A DNA stretch of 64,000 bases, from contig OY771506.1 of the NCBI GenBank assembly GCA_963674705.1, positions 2,880,001 through 2,944,000 of the forward strand. The letters are read 5' to 3'. The DNA is from Phycisphaeraceae bacterium (GTDB lineage: Bacteria > Planctomycetota > Phycisphaerae > Phycisphaerales > Phycisphaeraceae). Below, one piece after another: positions 18,819-29,243 of this stretch. Position numbers and translations under genes: made by a program. Every line of letters starts with the position of its first letter. Position 1 is the stretch's first letter. The notes beneath the pieces are model-generated. The model did not search any database. It was not told the origin of the DNA and saw nothing but the letters and a program-made list of their open reading frames with translations.

Positions 18819-20438
18819 ATGATGGAGTTTGCGAAAAAATCCTGGGCCGAAATTGTGGCCTACTTCAACGGTGTGTCAGCACTCACCAAGGCGTTGCTCG
18901 CCGCGTGTCTGCTGATCCTGATCCTCTTCGTCCTGCTGACGATGGTCTACGTCAGCGCCGAGGAAACCGCGCCGGTCGGCTTAGCCGGTGCAGACCCCGG
19001 CGAAGCCATCGCACGTCTTAACGCCGTCGGCATCGACGCCAAAGTCGTCGACGGCATGATCCAGGTCCCCACCGGCAGCCAGTACCACGCGTTCCTGATC
19101 CTCACGCAAAACGACCTGCTCGGTGAAAGCCCCGCCGCCGCAATGGATCGCATGCTCAGCAACGCCTCGCCCTGGGAAACCGACAAGAGCCGGACCGATC
19201 GCATGAATACCGCCCGCGCCCAGGTGCTCGGGATCATCCTTTCCAAGATCAACCGCATCAAAACCGCAGACGTCATGTTCGACCCCGGGCAGGACGGTAT
19301 CGGTTCACGGCATGTCCCCGCCAGCGCCAGTGTGACCATCCTGACGACCTCCGGCCAGGTGGATTCGGAAATGGCCGACGCTGTCGCCAGCGTTGTTACC
19401 GGCGCAATCGCTCGTATTGATATCGAGAACGTCAAGGTCATCGATGCCCGTACAGGCAGGCGCATCGCGGTTTCTGATCCGAACAACACGCTGCCTTCCG
19501 ATGCACTGGAAGTCAAACGCGATATCGAAGAACGTAAACGTCACGAAATCGAAAACATTCTTGACTACATCCCCGGCGTCCGCGTGGGTGTGAATGTCCT
19601 GATGGACTCCGTCGCTTCACAACGCGAGCACCGCCGCGAGTATGAGAAAGAGCAGCTTCTGGAAAGCGAAAGTCGTGAAGAAACAAGCAGCCGCGACATG
19701 GCAGACGCCGGCGAACCCGGTCCCCGCTCAAACGCCGGCCTGTCAATCAATGGTGCCGGCGCCGCCGGCCGTGAGCAGACCTCCAACAAGACCGAAAGCC
19801 GATTTTACGAAAGCAAGCCCATCCTCCTCGAAAAGGACACGGTCCATACCGGGCACCAGGTCAAGCAGATCAACGTTGCGGTCAACATCCCGCGCAGCTA
19901 CTTCGTCAGCCTGTTCAAGCAACAGAATCCCGAGGCCGAAAACGAACCCACCGCGGCGGACCTCACACCGCTTGTTCAAACCGAGTTGCCTTCCATTGAG
20001 AAGAAGGTGCAGGTCCTGACCCTGGCCGATGTGCAGGGCCAGGTCACCGCCGACATGGTTCCCGATCCGCCGGTCCTCGCGATGGCTTCTGACACCTCAA
20101 CCATCGTTCAGATGTTTGACGGCGGTTGGGCAAGCAAGGGCGCATTGACGGCGCTGGGGCTGATCAGCCTCGCACTGATGCTCAAGGTCTACCGCAACGC
20201 CACTCGGCCCGAAACCTTGCCCAGCATCGAGGAACTGGCCGGCGTCCCCCCGAGCCTGCCCTCTGATGAAGAATTGATCGGCGAGGCCGAGGAATCCGAA
20301 GCCACCATGCCGGGTGTCGAACTCAATGAAGAAGACCTGCAGGCTCGACGTATCGCCGAGCAGATCGGCGACCTGGTCCGCGCCGATCCGGCCGAAGCCA
20401 GCAGGCTCTTGGGTAAGTGGGTCTCCGCTAACGACTGA
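18819..20438 (+). CDS. fliF: MS-ring protein FliF
   Basis: Two TMs, ASASV motif, ENVKVIDARTG, GEPGPRSN and C-terminal DPAEASRLLGKW; lies between fliE and fliG. Confidence 0.88.
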   Translation: MMEFAKKSWAEIVAYFNGVSALTKALLAACLLILILFVLLTMVYVSAEETAPVGLAGADPGEAIARLNAVGIDAKVVDGMIQVPTGSQYHAFLILTQNDLLGESPAAAMDRMLSNASPWETDKSRTDRMNTARAQVLGIILSKINRIKTADVMFDPGQDGIGSRHVPASASVTILTTSGQVDSEMADAVASVVTGAIARIDIENVKVIDARTGRRIAVSDPNNTLPSDALEVKRDIEERKRHEIENILDYIPGVRVGVNVLMDSVASQREHRREYEKEQLLESESREETSSRDMADAGEPGPRSNAGLSINGAGAAGREQTSNKTESRFYESKPILLEKDTVHTGHQVKQINVAVNIPRSYFVSLFKQQNPEAENEPTAADLTPLVQTELPSIEKKVQVLTLADVQGQVTADMVPDPPVLAMASDTSTIVQMFDGGWASKGALTALGLISLALMLKVYRNATRPETLPSIEELAGVPPSLPSDEELIGEAEESEATMPGVELNEEDLQARRIAEQIGDLVRADPAEASRLLGKWVSAND

Positions 20439-20456
20439 TCACGGAACTATTGAATC

Positions 20457-21494
20457 ATGCCACTAGCGCAAGATGCAGCTACAGACAAGACGGAGGAACT
20501 GTCCGGCGTACAGAAGGCAGCCGTTCTCCTGCTTGCGCTTGATCAGGAAGCCGCTTCGATGGTGTTAAGCCGGCTTAACCCCAAAGCCGTTGAAGAAATC
20601 ACGCGCGAACTGGCCAGCACCTCCCGTGTGCCGGAGGGCATTCGTGATTCGGTGCTCAATGAGTTCTACGAACTGGCCGTTGCACAAAACTGGGCACGTG
20701 AAGGCGGACTCGATTACGCACGCGCCTTGCTCATGAAGAGCCTGGACCCCAAAGACGCCGAGCGCATCATCAGCCAGATCAGCCAGCAGGTCCGCCGCAC
20801 GCCGTTTGCCTTCCTACAGAAAGCCGAATCCACCAACCTGTTGACCTTTATCCAGGATGAACACCCCCAAACGATCGCGCTGATCGTCAGCCACCTCGCA
20901 CATCACAAGGCTTCGGAAATCCTCGCCGGTCTGCCCGGGCCCAAGCAGATCGAGGTCGTCAAACGTGTCGCCAATATGGAGCAGACCAACCCCGAAGTTA
21001 TCGCCGAGGTCGAGCAGGGCCTGGAGGCCCGTTTGGCGAACATGCTCAGCCAGAGTTTCGAGAAGATCGGCGGTGTCGAAACCGTTGCCGAGATGCTCAA
21101 CCTCGTGGATCGCACAACAGAGAAGGGCATCATGGAAGGCCTCGAGGCCGAGGACCCCGACCTGGTCGAAGAAATTCGCCGCCTGATGTTCGTCTTCGAA
21201 GACATCAACCTCGTGGACGACAAGGGTATCCAGGCTGTGCTCAAGGAGGTCGAGAACGACGAACTGGCTATGGCGCTCAAGGCCGCCAGCGACGAACTGA
21301 AAGAAAAGATCTTCAAGAATATGTCCGAACGTGCCGCGACCATGATCGCCGAAGACATGGAATACATGGGCCCGGTCCGCATGAGCGACGTCGAATCGGC
21401 GCAGCAACGCATCGTCGATATCGTGCGCCGTCTGGAGGATGCCGGCGAAATCATCATCACCGGCCGCGGCGGCGCAGGAGAAATGGTCGTTTAA
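20457..21494 (+). CDS. fliG: Motor switch protein FliG
   Basis: QKAAVLLL, GGLDYA, EHPQTIALI, GGVETVA, MFVFED and NMSERAA. Confidence 0.98.
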   Translation: MPLAQDAATDKTEELSGVQKAAVLLLALDQEAASMVLSRLNPKAVEEITRELASTSRVPEGIRDSVLNEFYELAVAQNWAREGGLDYARALLMKSLDPKDAERIISQISQQVRRTPFAFLQKAESTNLLTFIQDEHPQTIALIVSHLAHHKASEILAGLPGPKQIEVVKRVANMEQTNPEVIAEVEQGLEARLANMLSQSFEKIGGVETVAEMLNLVDRTTEKGIMEGLEAEDPDLVEEIRRLMFVFEDINLVDDKGIQAVLKEVENDELAMALKAASDELKEKIFKNMSERAATMIAEDMEYMGPVRMSDVESAQQRIVDIVRRLEDAGEIIITGRGGAGEMVV

Positions 21495-21503
21495 CTATTG
21501 CAT

Positions 21504-21538
21504 GCTAACGGCTAAAGGCTAACAGCTAAGGGCTCATT
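21504..21538. repeat. 7-bp tandem array (GCTAANG, reverse orientation of the TAGC-type)
   Basis: gctaacg gctaaag gctaaca gctaagg gctcatt in the fliG-fliH gap. Confidence 0.8.
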
Positions 21539-21540
21539 CA

Positions 21541-22344
21541 ATGTCCGTCATCAAAGCAGATAAGAACATCGGCTTCACCAAGGACGCCATCGTCCTGGAC
21601 CTGGGCGATCTGGGCAGGCAAGCCGCACGCATCCGCATGGCCGCGGAAGACCAGGCCGGCAAAATCATCACCGCGGCCGAACGCAAGGCCAAGGAAATCA
21701 TTGCCGCCGCCGAGAAAACCGGTTTCGAGGAAGGCCAGGTCGCCGGCTTCGATCAGGGGCTTAAGGATGGTCGCGAACAAGGTCGCCAGGAAGCGCTCGC
21801 AGAATACCGTGAACAACTCGACCAGCTCCAGGCCGCATGGTCCGACGTCGCCACGCAATGGGACGCCCAGACCAAGAGCATGACCATCGAAGCTCGCCAG
21901 GTTATCCTTGAGTTCGCATTGAATATGGCAGAACGGCTGGTGCACCGCGTGATCGAAGTCGATCCGTCGGTTGTTGTCGACCAGGTGGCCGGCGCGTTGG
22001 CGTTGGTGCTCAAGCCGATGGATGTATCGGTCAGTGTGCATCCTTCTGAATTGCCCGTGATCTCCGAAGCGTTGCCCCAGCTCATGGCCGAATTCGACCA
22101 CCTCGAACACATCCATCTCACCGAAGACGCACAGATCAGCCCCGGCGGATGCGTCGTGTCCTACGGCCAAGGCCAGATCGACGCCACCATTGAGAAACAG
22201 ATCCAGCGCGTCGTCGACCTGATCCTCCCACCGGATGAAAGACAATCTCAGCAACCGGTGGATACGTTTGACCAGCTCCCACCACAGCAGGCGCCGGACG
22301 AACAGGATTCATCGTCAGACGCCGAACCATTCGACGCCGGCTAG
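21541..22344 (+). CDS. fliH: Flagellar assembly protein FliH
   Basis: GxxxG repeats (GFEEGQVAGFDQGLKDGREQG), VHPSE and ISPGGCVV..GQIDATI. Confidence 0.93.
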   Translation: MSVIKADKNIGFTKDAIVLDLGDLGRQAARIRMAAEDQAGKIITAAERKAKEIIAAAEKTGFEEGQVAGFDQGLKDGREQGRQEALAEYREQLDQLQAAWSDVATQWDAQTKSMTIEARQVILEFALNMAERLVHRVIEVDPSVVVDQVAGALALVLKPMDVSVSVHPSELPVISEALPQLMAEFDHLEHIHLTEDAQISPGGCVVSYGQGQIDATIEKQIQRVVDLILPPDERQSQQPVDTFDQLPPQQAPDEQDSSSDAEPFDAG

Positions 22345-22395
22345 CCCGTCCGTGGCGTTTTTTTGTGGCACGTCTTTCGCAGGGTGAGGTATCGA

Positions 22396-23778
22396 ATGAG
22401 TGTTTTGACCGAACAGTTGCGGATTCTCGACTACGCGGCCCCGCTGGAATTGCGCGGTACCGTCTCAGAAGTGCGCGGTCTTGCGCTACGCGTCAACGAT
22501 CTGCCCGCACCGATCGGAGCCATGGTGAGTATTTGCGAAAAAAATTCGCGTCACCACAAACTTGAAGGCGAAGTCGTCGGCTTCGACCGCGAGCAGGCGA
22601 TCGTCATGCCGCTCGGCGCTACAACAGGCGTCCGGCGGGGTGACCGTGTCATCGCCGATCACTTCGCACCCGTCGTGCGCGTCGGCGATACCTTGTTAGG
22701 CCGCATCCTCGATGGCATGGGCAGGCCGATCGACGGCAGAGGCCCGCTGACCGATTCCGTCATCCGCCCGCTGACTCCAAAACCTGTCGACCCGCTCGAT
22801 CGACCGCTTATCAACGAACCACTTGCGACCGGTGTTCGCGCGATCGATTCATTGATCTCGGTCGGCCGCGGCCAACGCATCGGCGTCTTCGCAGCACCGG
22901 GTGTGGGTAAGTCAACCTTATTAGGCACGATGGCACGACACACCGCCGCCGATGTCAGCGTGATCGCACTGGTCGGCGAACGTGGCCGTGAAGTCCGTGA
23001 CTTCATCGATAACATCCTCGGCCCGGAAGGCCTCGCTCGCAGCGTCGTCGTCTGCGCCACAAGCGATCAGCCGGCTCTGCAGCGCATCCGTGCCGCTATC
23101 GTTGCCGCCGCCATCGCCGAGTACTTCCGCGATCAAAGCCTCGATGTCATGCTCATCATGGACTCGATCACGCGCTTCTGTCAGGCGCAGCGACAGGTCG
23201 GCCTCGCCGCAGGCGAACCCCCGGCTACCAAGGGCTATCCGCCCAGCGTCTTCGCCATGCTCCCGACACTGCTCGAACGCTCCGGCCGAACCAGCAAGGG
23301 ATCGATCACCGGTATCTATTCCGTGCTCGTTGAAGGTGACGATATCAACGAACCGATCTCCGACGCCTGCCGCGGTATCCTCGACGGCCACATCCAGCTC
23401 TCGCGCGACCTCGCTCAGCAGGGCCACTACCCCGCGATCGATGTGCTTGCATCCGTCAGCCGAGTCGTCGATGACGTAACCAGCGCCGATCAACAAAGCG
23501 CACGCCGTGCCGTTCTCAAGCTCGTACACAGTTACCGTCAGGTGGAAGATTTGTTGAACATCGGCGCGTATGCCCCCGGGTCGAATCCGGACTACGACCT
23601 GGCCATAGCATGCAAGCCCGCGCTCGACCGCCTGCTGCAACAGGGCCGAGGCGAAGTGCGCGGCGCAGCCGACTTCAACATCGCGAAGAGTCAATTGCTC
23701 GCCATGATGCAGCAGATCCAGCAGGCACAACAGGAAGTCAGTAAGAGGACGCGTCAGCCCATGCAGGCGGCGCGATAA
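22396..23778 (+). CDS. fliI: Flagellar export ATPase FliI
   Basis: GRGQRIGVFAAPGVGKSTL, GERGREV, DSITR, GEPPATKGYPPSV and ILDGHI. Confidence 0.97.
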   Translation: MSVLTEQLRILDYAAPLELRGTVSEVRGLALRVNDLPAPIGAMVSICEKNSRHHKLEGEVVGFDREQAIVMPLGATTGVRRGDRVIADHFAPVVRVGDTLLGRILDGMGRPIDGRGPLTDSVIRPLTPKPVDPLDRPLINEPLATGVRAIDSLISVGRGQRIGVFAAPGVGKSTLLGTMARHTAADVSVIALVGERGREVRDFIDNILGPEGLARSVVVCATSDQPALQRIRAAIVAAAIAEYFRDQSLDVMLIMDSITRFCQAQRQVGLAAGEPPATKGYPPSVFAMLPTLLERSGRTSKGSITGIYSVLVEGDDINEPISDACRGILDGHIQLSRDLAQQGHYPAIDVLASVSRVVDDVTSADQQSARRAVLKLVHSYRQVEDLLNIGAYAPGSNPDYDLAIACKPALDRLLQQGRGEVRGAADFNIAKSQLLAMMQQIQQAQQEVSKRTRQPMQAAR

Positions 23779-23821
23779 ACCATTCCCGGCCCGGCGGAGC
23801 CAGGCCCAGTGAGAATCCGAG

Positions 23822-24283
23822 ATGGCAAAGTTCCAATTCCGATTCCAAACGTTGCTAGCGCATCACCGCAGGGTGGAAGACCAGCGGCAGCGCGACCTCG
23901 CGCAGCACCTGCGCACACGCATGATCCTGCACGATCAGATACGTGACATGCAGGACACCATCCGTGACTCCAAACGTTCCATGGCAGACGGGCTCATCGG
24001 CTCCGTCGACCTCACACGTGTCGGACAGTTTGCTCGATACTCCGGCCACGCCGCGCACCGCGCACGCCAGATCGTCGTCAAGCTCGCCGCACTTGAAAAA
24101 GAAATCGAGGCCGCACGCCAGCTCCTGCTCGAAGCCACCAAGCAGCGCAAAGCCCTCGAGCTGCTGCGTGACAAGCACGAGGCGCAGTGGCGCTACGAGC
24201 AGAACCGCCGCGAGACCAACGAACTAGACGAGCTGGCCACCACTCGCTACGCACGTAGCATGATGATCGGGGGCGCTCAATGA
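23822..24283 (+). CDS. fliJ: Flagellar export protein FliJ
   Basis: KFQFRFQTLL N-terminus, coiled coil and ...ELDE; follows fliI. Confidence 0.9.
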   Translation: MAKFQFRFQTLLAHHRRVEDQRQRDLAQHLRTRMILHDQIRDMQDTIRDSKRSMADGLIGSVDLTRVGQFARYSGHAAHRARQIVVKLAALEKEIEAARQLLLEATKQRKALELLRDKHEAQWRYEQNRRETNELDELATTRYARSMMIGGAQ

Positions 24284-25002
24284 AGTTGATCTGGAACGTC
24301 ATCATCGGTTTCATCCTCATCAACCTGCTCGCCGTAGTGGTGTTTGTTGCATGGATGTATTCCGACGGCCGGATCAACAAAGAACGTATTGACAAAGTCG
24401 TTGACACCTTCCGTATGACCATCGCTGAAGAAGAAGCACAGAACGCCGAAGCCGAAGTGCTCGCCGAGCAAGCTCAAAAACAACTCGAACAGCAGGCCCG
24501 ACTCGAATCCACCGCCAACGGCCCGGTCACGCTACGCCAGCGCCTCGACCGCGAACAACAGACCGACGAAATGGCCCTGGCGAAGCTGCAACTGTTCAAC
24601 GATCAGAACAAGGCCCTACGCGACGAGATGGCTCGTTTCCAGGCGGACTACAACAAACGTTCCGCAGCACTCGAAGCCGAACGCGCCGCTTTCGAGAAGT
24701 GGGTTAAGGACTACGCCGATCAGACCAAGGATGAAAACTTCCTCCAGGTCGTCTCGCTCTACGAGAAGCAGCCCCCGAAGCTGACCAAGCAAGCCTTCCA
24801 GACGCTGATGCAGAGCGGCCAGGAAGATCAGGTCGTCGAATATCTCGCCGCTATGTCTTCCCGAAAAGCAAGCACCGTGCTTAGCGAGTTCAAGACGCCT
24901 GCCGAAGTTATGCAGGCCGCATCACTTCTTGAAAAACTCCGCACACGCGGCGAATACACGATGGACCAACAAAACACAACGACTGAGGACCAATCGTCAT
25001 GA
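24280..25002 (+). CDS. MotE/FlbB/YlxF-like flagellar protein (TM, coiled coil, MgtE_N-like tail)
   Basis: N-terminal TM, coiled coil and YLAAMSSRKASTVLSEF; occupies the usual fliJ-fliK slot. Confidence 0.6.
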   Translation: MKLIWNVIIGFILINLLAVVVFVAWMYSDGRINKERIDKVVDTFRMTIAEEEAQNAEAEVLAEQAQKQLEQQARLESTANGPVTLRQRLDREQQTDEMALAKLQLFNDQNKALRDEMARFQADYNKRSAALEAERAAFEKWVKDYADQTKDENFLQVVSLYEKQPPKLTKQAFQTLMQSGQEDQVVEYLAAMSSRKASTVLSEFKTPAEVMQAASLLEKLRTRGEYTMDQQNTTTEDQSS

Positions 25003-26417
25003 GCATGATGCCCGTACTCAACCAGAGCGTCACCGAGATGCTTCCGTCGCGCAGGCCGGAGCAGGCTGTGACGTCGAGTTCCGAGGGCTTCGATCGTGAA
25101 CTGAAAGACGCAAGCACACGCCTCGATCGGCCCAAGCCCGTCGAGGAGCCGCAGCGCACCACCAACGAAACACAAAAGCCTGAGCAAAAGAAAGACAAGC
25201 AAGTCGAGGCCACCGACAAGCCTGATAAGACTAAGTCCGACGAGCCGGTCAAGAATAAGGACACGCAAGCCAAGACAGATGAAACGTCCGAACCTACCGA
25301 GTCCACGGACGCCACACAGGACACGCAGGCCTCGACCGACACCGAGCAGCAAACCACTGATACGCAAACAACCACCGACACCGTCACGACCGACACCACC
25401 GTGGTTGCCGTAGCCGATGCGCAGCTCGTTGAACAGTTCGCCGCAACTTTAACGGCCGACACCACGACGCAGCAGCCGCAAGCCACCGAGCAGGTGCAAA
25501 CCGCCACAACGCAACAGCAAACACAAGCGACCGAACAAGCCGCGAATCAGGTCGTCACCGAAGCCGTCTCCGCACAATCTACTTCCGAGCAGGAGGCCAA
25601 GCAGGTCGTCACCGTTGCCCAGCCACAACAGCAGCAGGCCAAGGCCGAGAATACTCAGCAGAACCAGGCCGCCACGCAGGCGCAAACATCCGTCAGCGCC
25701 GAACGCATCGCGTTTGTCAGCCAGGCACGCCAGGAAAACGCCCGGCAATCGTCTACCGACGATGCCGATCAACAACTGCAAACCGCGCTCAAGGGTGACA
25801 ATAAATCGCAAACTGCGGCCACATCGACGCAAACTTTCTCAACCACGACCACCACGGCGTCCACCATCGAAGCCGTGACCTCTGCCACGCGCGCCATCAC
25901 CGGTGCGGAAACCACTTCCGCGCAGGCCAACGCCGCCAATGCGCAAGCCGGCCCGACCGCTAACCTGCAAGCCTCCGACAATACGGAAATCAACACCGCA
26001 CGTATCACACGCGGCATTCAAAATGCCGTCCAGCAGAAGGGCGGTTCCGTCACGCTACGACTCACCCCACCAGAAATGGGAACCGTTCGCATCCAGTTAC
26101 AGATTCAAAACGGCACCGTCAACGCACAGTTCCACGCCGAAACCGAATCCACACGCAACATGCTTCATCAACAGATGTCGCAACTGCGAAGCGCCCTTGA
26201 AAACCAGGGCCTCGGTGTCGAACGCCTGGGCGTCCATTCCATGCAGTCCTCGTCCAACACCTCGATGCAGCACAACTTCTCTTCTGACCAGGACACGCAA
26301 ACAGACGACGGCCGAAGCCGCGGCGGCTTCACCCACCAGGGCGGACGACAGGATCAACCGTCCGACACAAACGAACAGCAACAAGCCTTTGAACAGGAAT
26401 TATCCAGCGCGGCATAA
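24999..26417 (+). CDS. fliK: Hook-length control protein FliK
   Basis: Long T/Q-rich low-complexity region followed by VTLRLTPPEMGTVRI...LRSALENQGL. Confidence 0.93.
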   Translation: MSMMPVLNQSVTEMLPSRRPEQAVTSSSEGFDRELKDASTRLDRPKPVEEPQRTTNETQKPEQKKDKQVEATDKPDKTKSDEPVKNKDTQAKTDETSEPTESTDATQDTQASTDTEQQTTDTQTTTDTVTTDTTVVAVADAQLVEQFAATLTADTTTQQPQATEQVQTATTQQQTQATEQAANQVVTEAVSAQSTSEQEAKQVVTVAQPQQQQAKAENTQQNQAATQAQTSVSAERIAFVSQARQENARQSSTDDADQQLQTALKGDNKSQTAATSTQTFSTTTTTASTIEAVTSATRAITGAETTSAQANAANAQAGPTANLQASDNTEINTARITRGIQNAVQQKGGSVTLRLTPPEMGTVRIQLQIQNGTVNAQFHAETESTRNMLHQQMSQLRSALENQGLGVERLGVHSMQSSSNTSMQHNFSSDQDTQTDDGRSRGGFTHQGGRQDQPSDTNEQQQAFEQELSSAA

Positions 26418-26461
26418 GTACCCGGCGTATGACGCCAACCGCTTAAGGATGGAGTAATAAG

Positions 26462-27148
26462 ATGTCCAGCGTTAGTTCGACAACCAGCAGCACGACCGCG
26501 GCGGCATCCGAAGTCAGCAACAATGCCTTTGCCGAAATGTCCAGCACAGAGTTCATCGGTATCCTCGTCACCGAACTGACCACGCAGGACCCGTTCGAGC
26601 CGAACGATTCCGCCGCCATCCTCGAGCAGCTCTCCAGCCTCCGCAACATCGAAAGCCAGGCCAACCTCGCCGAGCAACTCGAGACCATGGTCAGCCAGAA
26701 CACGGTCACCTCCGCAACCGGCATGATCGGCCAGTACATCACCGGTACCGACGAGAACAGCTCGGAAGTCGAAGGCGTCGTGCAATCCGTTTTGATTGAA
26801 AACGGCGAACCCATCCTCAAGCTCGCCGACGGCAGCCGCGTCCCCGCGGACAACATCACCGATGTCCAGAGCCTCGGTGATTACGACACGCAGATCGTCC
26901 AGCAACTGCTGCGCAACCTGATCATCCTCAACTCCAGCGCACTCGTCGGCAAGATGGTCAGCGGTTTTGATGAGAACAATAAATACATCCAGGGCCTGGT
27001 CACCAGCGTTGTCACCGAAGACGATGACCTCATCCTCGAACTGGATAACGGTAAGTCCCTCTCCGCCGGCTCGGTGACTCGCTTCGCTGACAGCGATGCA
27101 GAGTTCGAGAACCCGGATACCACCGACGATTCGGATGATTCCGAATAA
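26462..27148 (+). CDS. flgD: Hook cap protein FlgD (duplicated C-terminal domain)
   Basis: FIGILVTELTTQDPFEP and ...ATGMIGQYITG. Confidence 0.92.
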   Translation: MSSVSSTTSSTTAAASEVSNNAFAEMSSTEFIGILVTELTTQDPFEPNDSAAILEQLSSLRNIESQANLAEQLETMVSQNTVTSATGMIGQYITGTDENSSEVEGVVQSVLIENGEPILKLADGSRVPADNITDVQSLGDYDTQIVQQLLRNLIILNSSALVGKMVSGFDENNKYIQGLVTSVVTEDDDLILELDNGKSLSAGSVTRFADSDAEFENPDTTDDSDDSE

Positions 27149-27172
27149 CCTTGAACCAGGAGCGCAACACAC

Positions 27173-27469
27173 GTGTCCAACAGCGGCGACTTATTAAGGA
27201 TGCTCATGCCGGCCGTCACGCCGGTCCCGACATCCAACGCGCCACGACCGGATACATCACAACCGATCGAATCACGCAGCTTCGATTCGCTGCTCGCTGA
27301 AGCCCAGCAATCCGAATCCACCGAAGCCACTGATGCGATCGAACAGACACAGCAAAATGAAAGTACAAAAGAAGCACAACCAGCCAACCTTTTACCCGGC
27401 CTGACCGGCATCAGTTCGATTCATAACGCGTCGCTGCGACAGATCATCGCCGGCGATTCGCAAACATAA
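27173..27469 (+). CDS. Hypothetical flagellar-operon protein
   Basis: Fills the flgD-flgE gap after AGGAG; contains SFDSLL. No recognisable family. Confidence 0.6.
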   Translation: MSNSGDLLRMLMPAVTPVPTSNAPRPDTSQPIESRSFDSLLAEAQQSESTEATDAIEQTQQNESTKEAQPANLLPGLTGISSIHNASLRQIIAGDSQT

Positions 27470-27527
27470 GTTTTTGTTACATCAGTACCACGCCCGGTGA
27501 CCGGGCGCAACCTGCAGGAGCACAACC

Positions 27528-29237
27528 ATGGCGTTACAGACCGCTCTCTTTTCCAGCCTCACCGGTATCACGTCCAACTCGAAGTTACTCGCGGTCAGTG
27601 GTAACAACATCGCTAACGTCAACACCACCGCCTACAAAAGAAGCCGCATTACCTTCGAGACCGAAATCTCCCAACGCCTCACCACCGGCTCCGCGCCCAC
27701 CGCAACCCTCGGCGGCACAAACCCCTCGCAGATGGGCCTCGGTACCCGTTTCTCCTCCATCACACGCGACTTCTCCACTGGTTCCCTGCAGACCACCGGC
27801 GTCAATACCGATATGGCGATCGACGGCAACGGCTTCTTCATCGTCGAACTCGAAGGCAACACACGCTACACACGAACCGGTAACTTCGTCCTCGATCGCG
27901 ACTACAACCTCGTCAACACCGACGGCGGACTCGTCCAGGGCTTCGGCGTCGATGAGAACTTCGATGTCGTCGACGGCGTGCTACAGGACCTCACCATCCC
28001 TATCGGTGTGCTCACGATCGCCGAAGCCACCGAGAACGTGAAGTTTGCCGGTAACTTCAACTCCAATGGCGACGTCGCTACCGTCGGCAGTATCAGCCAG
28101 AGCGAAGTACTCTACTCCGATGCCACCGCCACCACGCAACTGCTCGGCACCGACTCTCTCGCTTCGATCTACGACGCAGACGGCAACCTCCTATATAACG
28201 CCGGTGATGTCATCACTATCTCCGGTGTCTCCAAGGGCGGTGCGACACTGGAGGATCGAACCTTCGAAATCAACGCCACCAATACCACCGCCAGCAACGA
28301 CAACGGCACCACCGTCGACGACTTCCTCGACTTCCTCGACGATATCTTCGGCATCGATACCACGCTCACCAGCGGGACCAGCACGCCCGGCGTCACACTC
28401 GTTGGCGGACAGATCCAGGTTGAAGGCAACACCGGTGAAGCAAACCATATCGAATTCGCCGCGTCCAGCGTCAAGAACGATACCGTCGTGACCATCGGCT
28501 TCACGACCACGCAGGACGCCGTCGGCGGATCGGCCCGAACCTCCTTCGTCGGCTTCGACAGTCTCGGGACCGAGGTCACCGTCGACTTGCGGTTCGTCCT
28601 CGAAGAAAAAACAACCAACGGCGTGACATGGCGCTACTACGCCGACTCCGCTGATGACACCGATGTCGATGCCTCGGTCGGTACCGGCACACTGACTTTC
28701 GATACCGAAGGCAACCTCCTGTCCGTCACCAACCCCAGTATTTCGATCGATCGCGAAAACACCGGCGCCATCACCCCGCTGGGTATCACACTTGTTTTTG
28801 ACGATCCCTTCGCCACCGTTACCTCGCTGACCGATACCACAAGCTTCGTCGCCGCGCAGAGCCAGGACGGCTCGCAGATCGGCACGCTTGAAGACTTCAG
28901 CGTCGGTGAAGACGGCACGATCTCCGGCGTCTTTTCCAACGGTCTGCTGCGAAACCTCGGCCGCGTCGCGCTCGCCGTCTTCGCCAATAACAACGGCCTG
29001 GAAGAATTCGGCGGCAGCCTCTATCGCCCGACCATCAACTCCGGCATCGCCACCGTCGTCAACGCCGGGCAGGGCGGTTCCGGTCGAGTTATCGGACGCA
29101 ACCTCGAACTCTCAAACGTCGAACTCGCCGAAGAGTTCATCAACCTCATCAGCGCCAGCACCGGCTTCAGCGCCAGCTCACGTGTCCTGACCACCAGCGA
29201 CGAACTTATACAGGAACTGCTCGCTTCCGTCCGATAA
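27528..29237 (+). CDS. flgE: Flagellar hook protein FlgE
   Basis: GNNIANVNTTAYK, TDMAIDGNGFF, YTRTGNF and LELSNVELAEEF. Confidence 0.97.
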   Translation: MALQTALFSSLTGITSNSKLLAVSGNNIANVNTTAYKRSRITFETEISQRLTTGSAPTATLGGTNPSQMGLGTRFSSITRDFSTGSLQTTGVNTDMAIDGNGFFIVELEGNTRYTRTGNFVLDRDYNLVNTDGGLVQGFGVDENFDVVDGVLQDLTIPIGVLTIAEATENVKFAGNFNSNGDVATVGSISQSEVLYSDATATTQLLGTDSLASIYDADGNLLYNAGDVITISGVSKGGATLEDRTFEINATNTTASNDNGTTVDDFLDFLDDIFGIDTTLTSGTSTPGVTLVGGQIQVEGNTGEANHIEFAASSVKNDTVVTIGFTTTQDAVGGSARTSFVGFDSLGTEVTVDLRFVLEEKTTNGVTWRYYADSADDTDVDASVGTGTLTFDTEGNLLSVTNPSISIDRENTGAITPLGITLVFDDPFATVTSLTDTTSFVAAQSQDGSQIGTLEDFSVGEDGTISGVFSNGLLRNLGRVALAVFANNNGLEEFGGSLYRPTINSGIATVVNAGQGGSGRVIGRNLELSNVELAEEFINLISASTGFSASSRVLTTSDELIQELLASVR

Positions 29238-29243
29238 CTATTC

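Noticed and set aside
24999..26000. Tandem repeat or adhesin in the T/Q-rich stretch
   Set aside because: It is the normal low-complexity ruler region of FliK.
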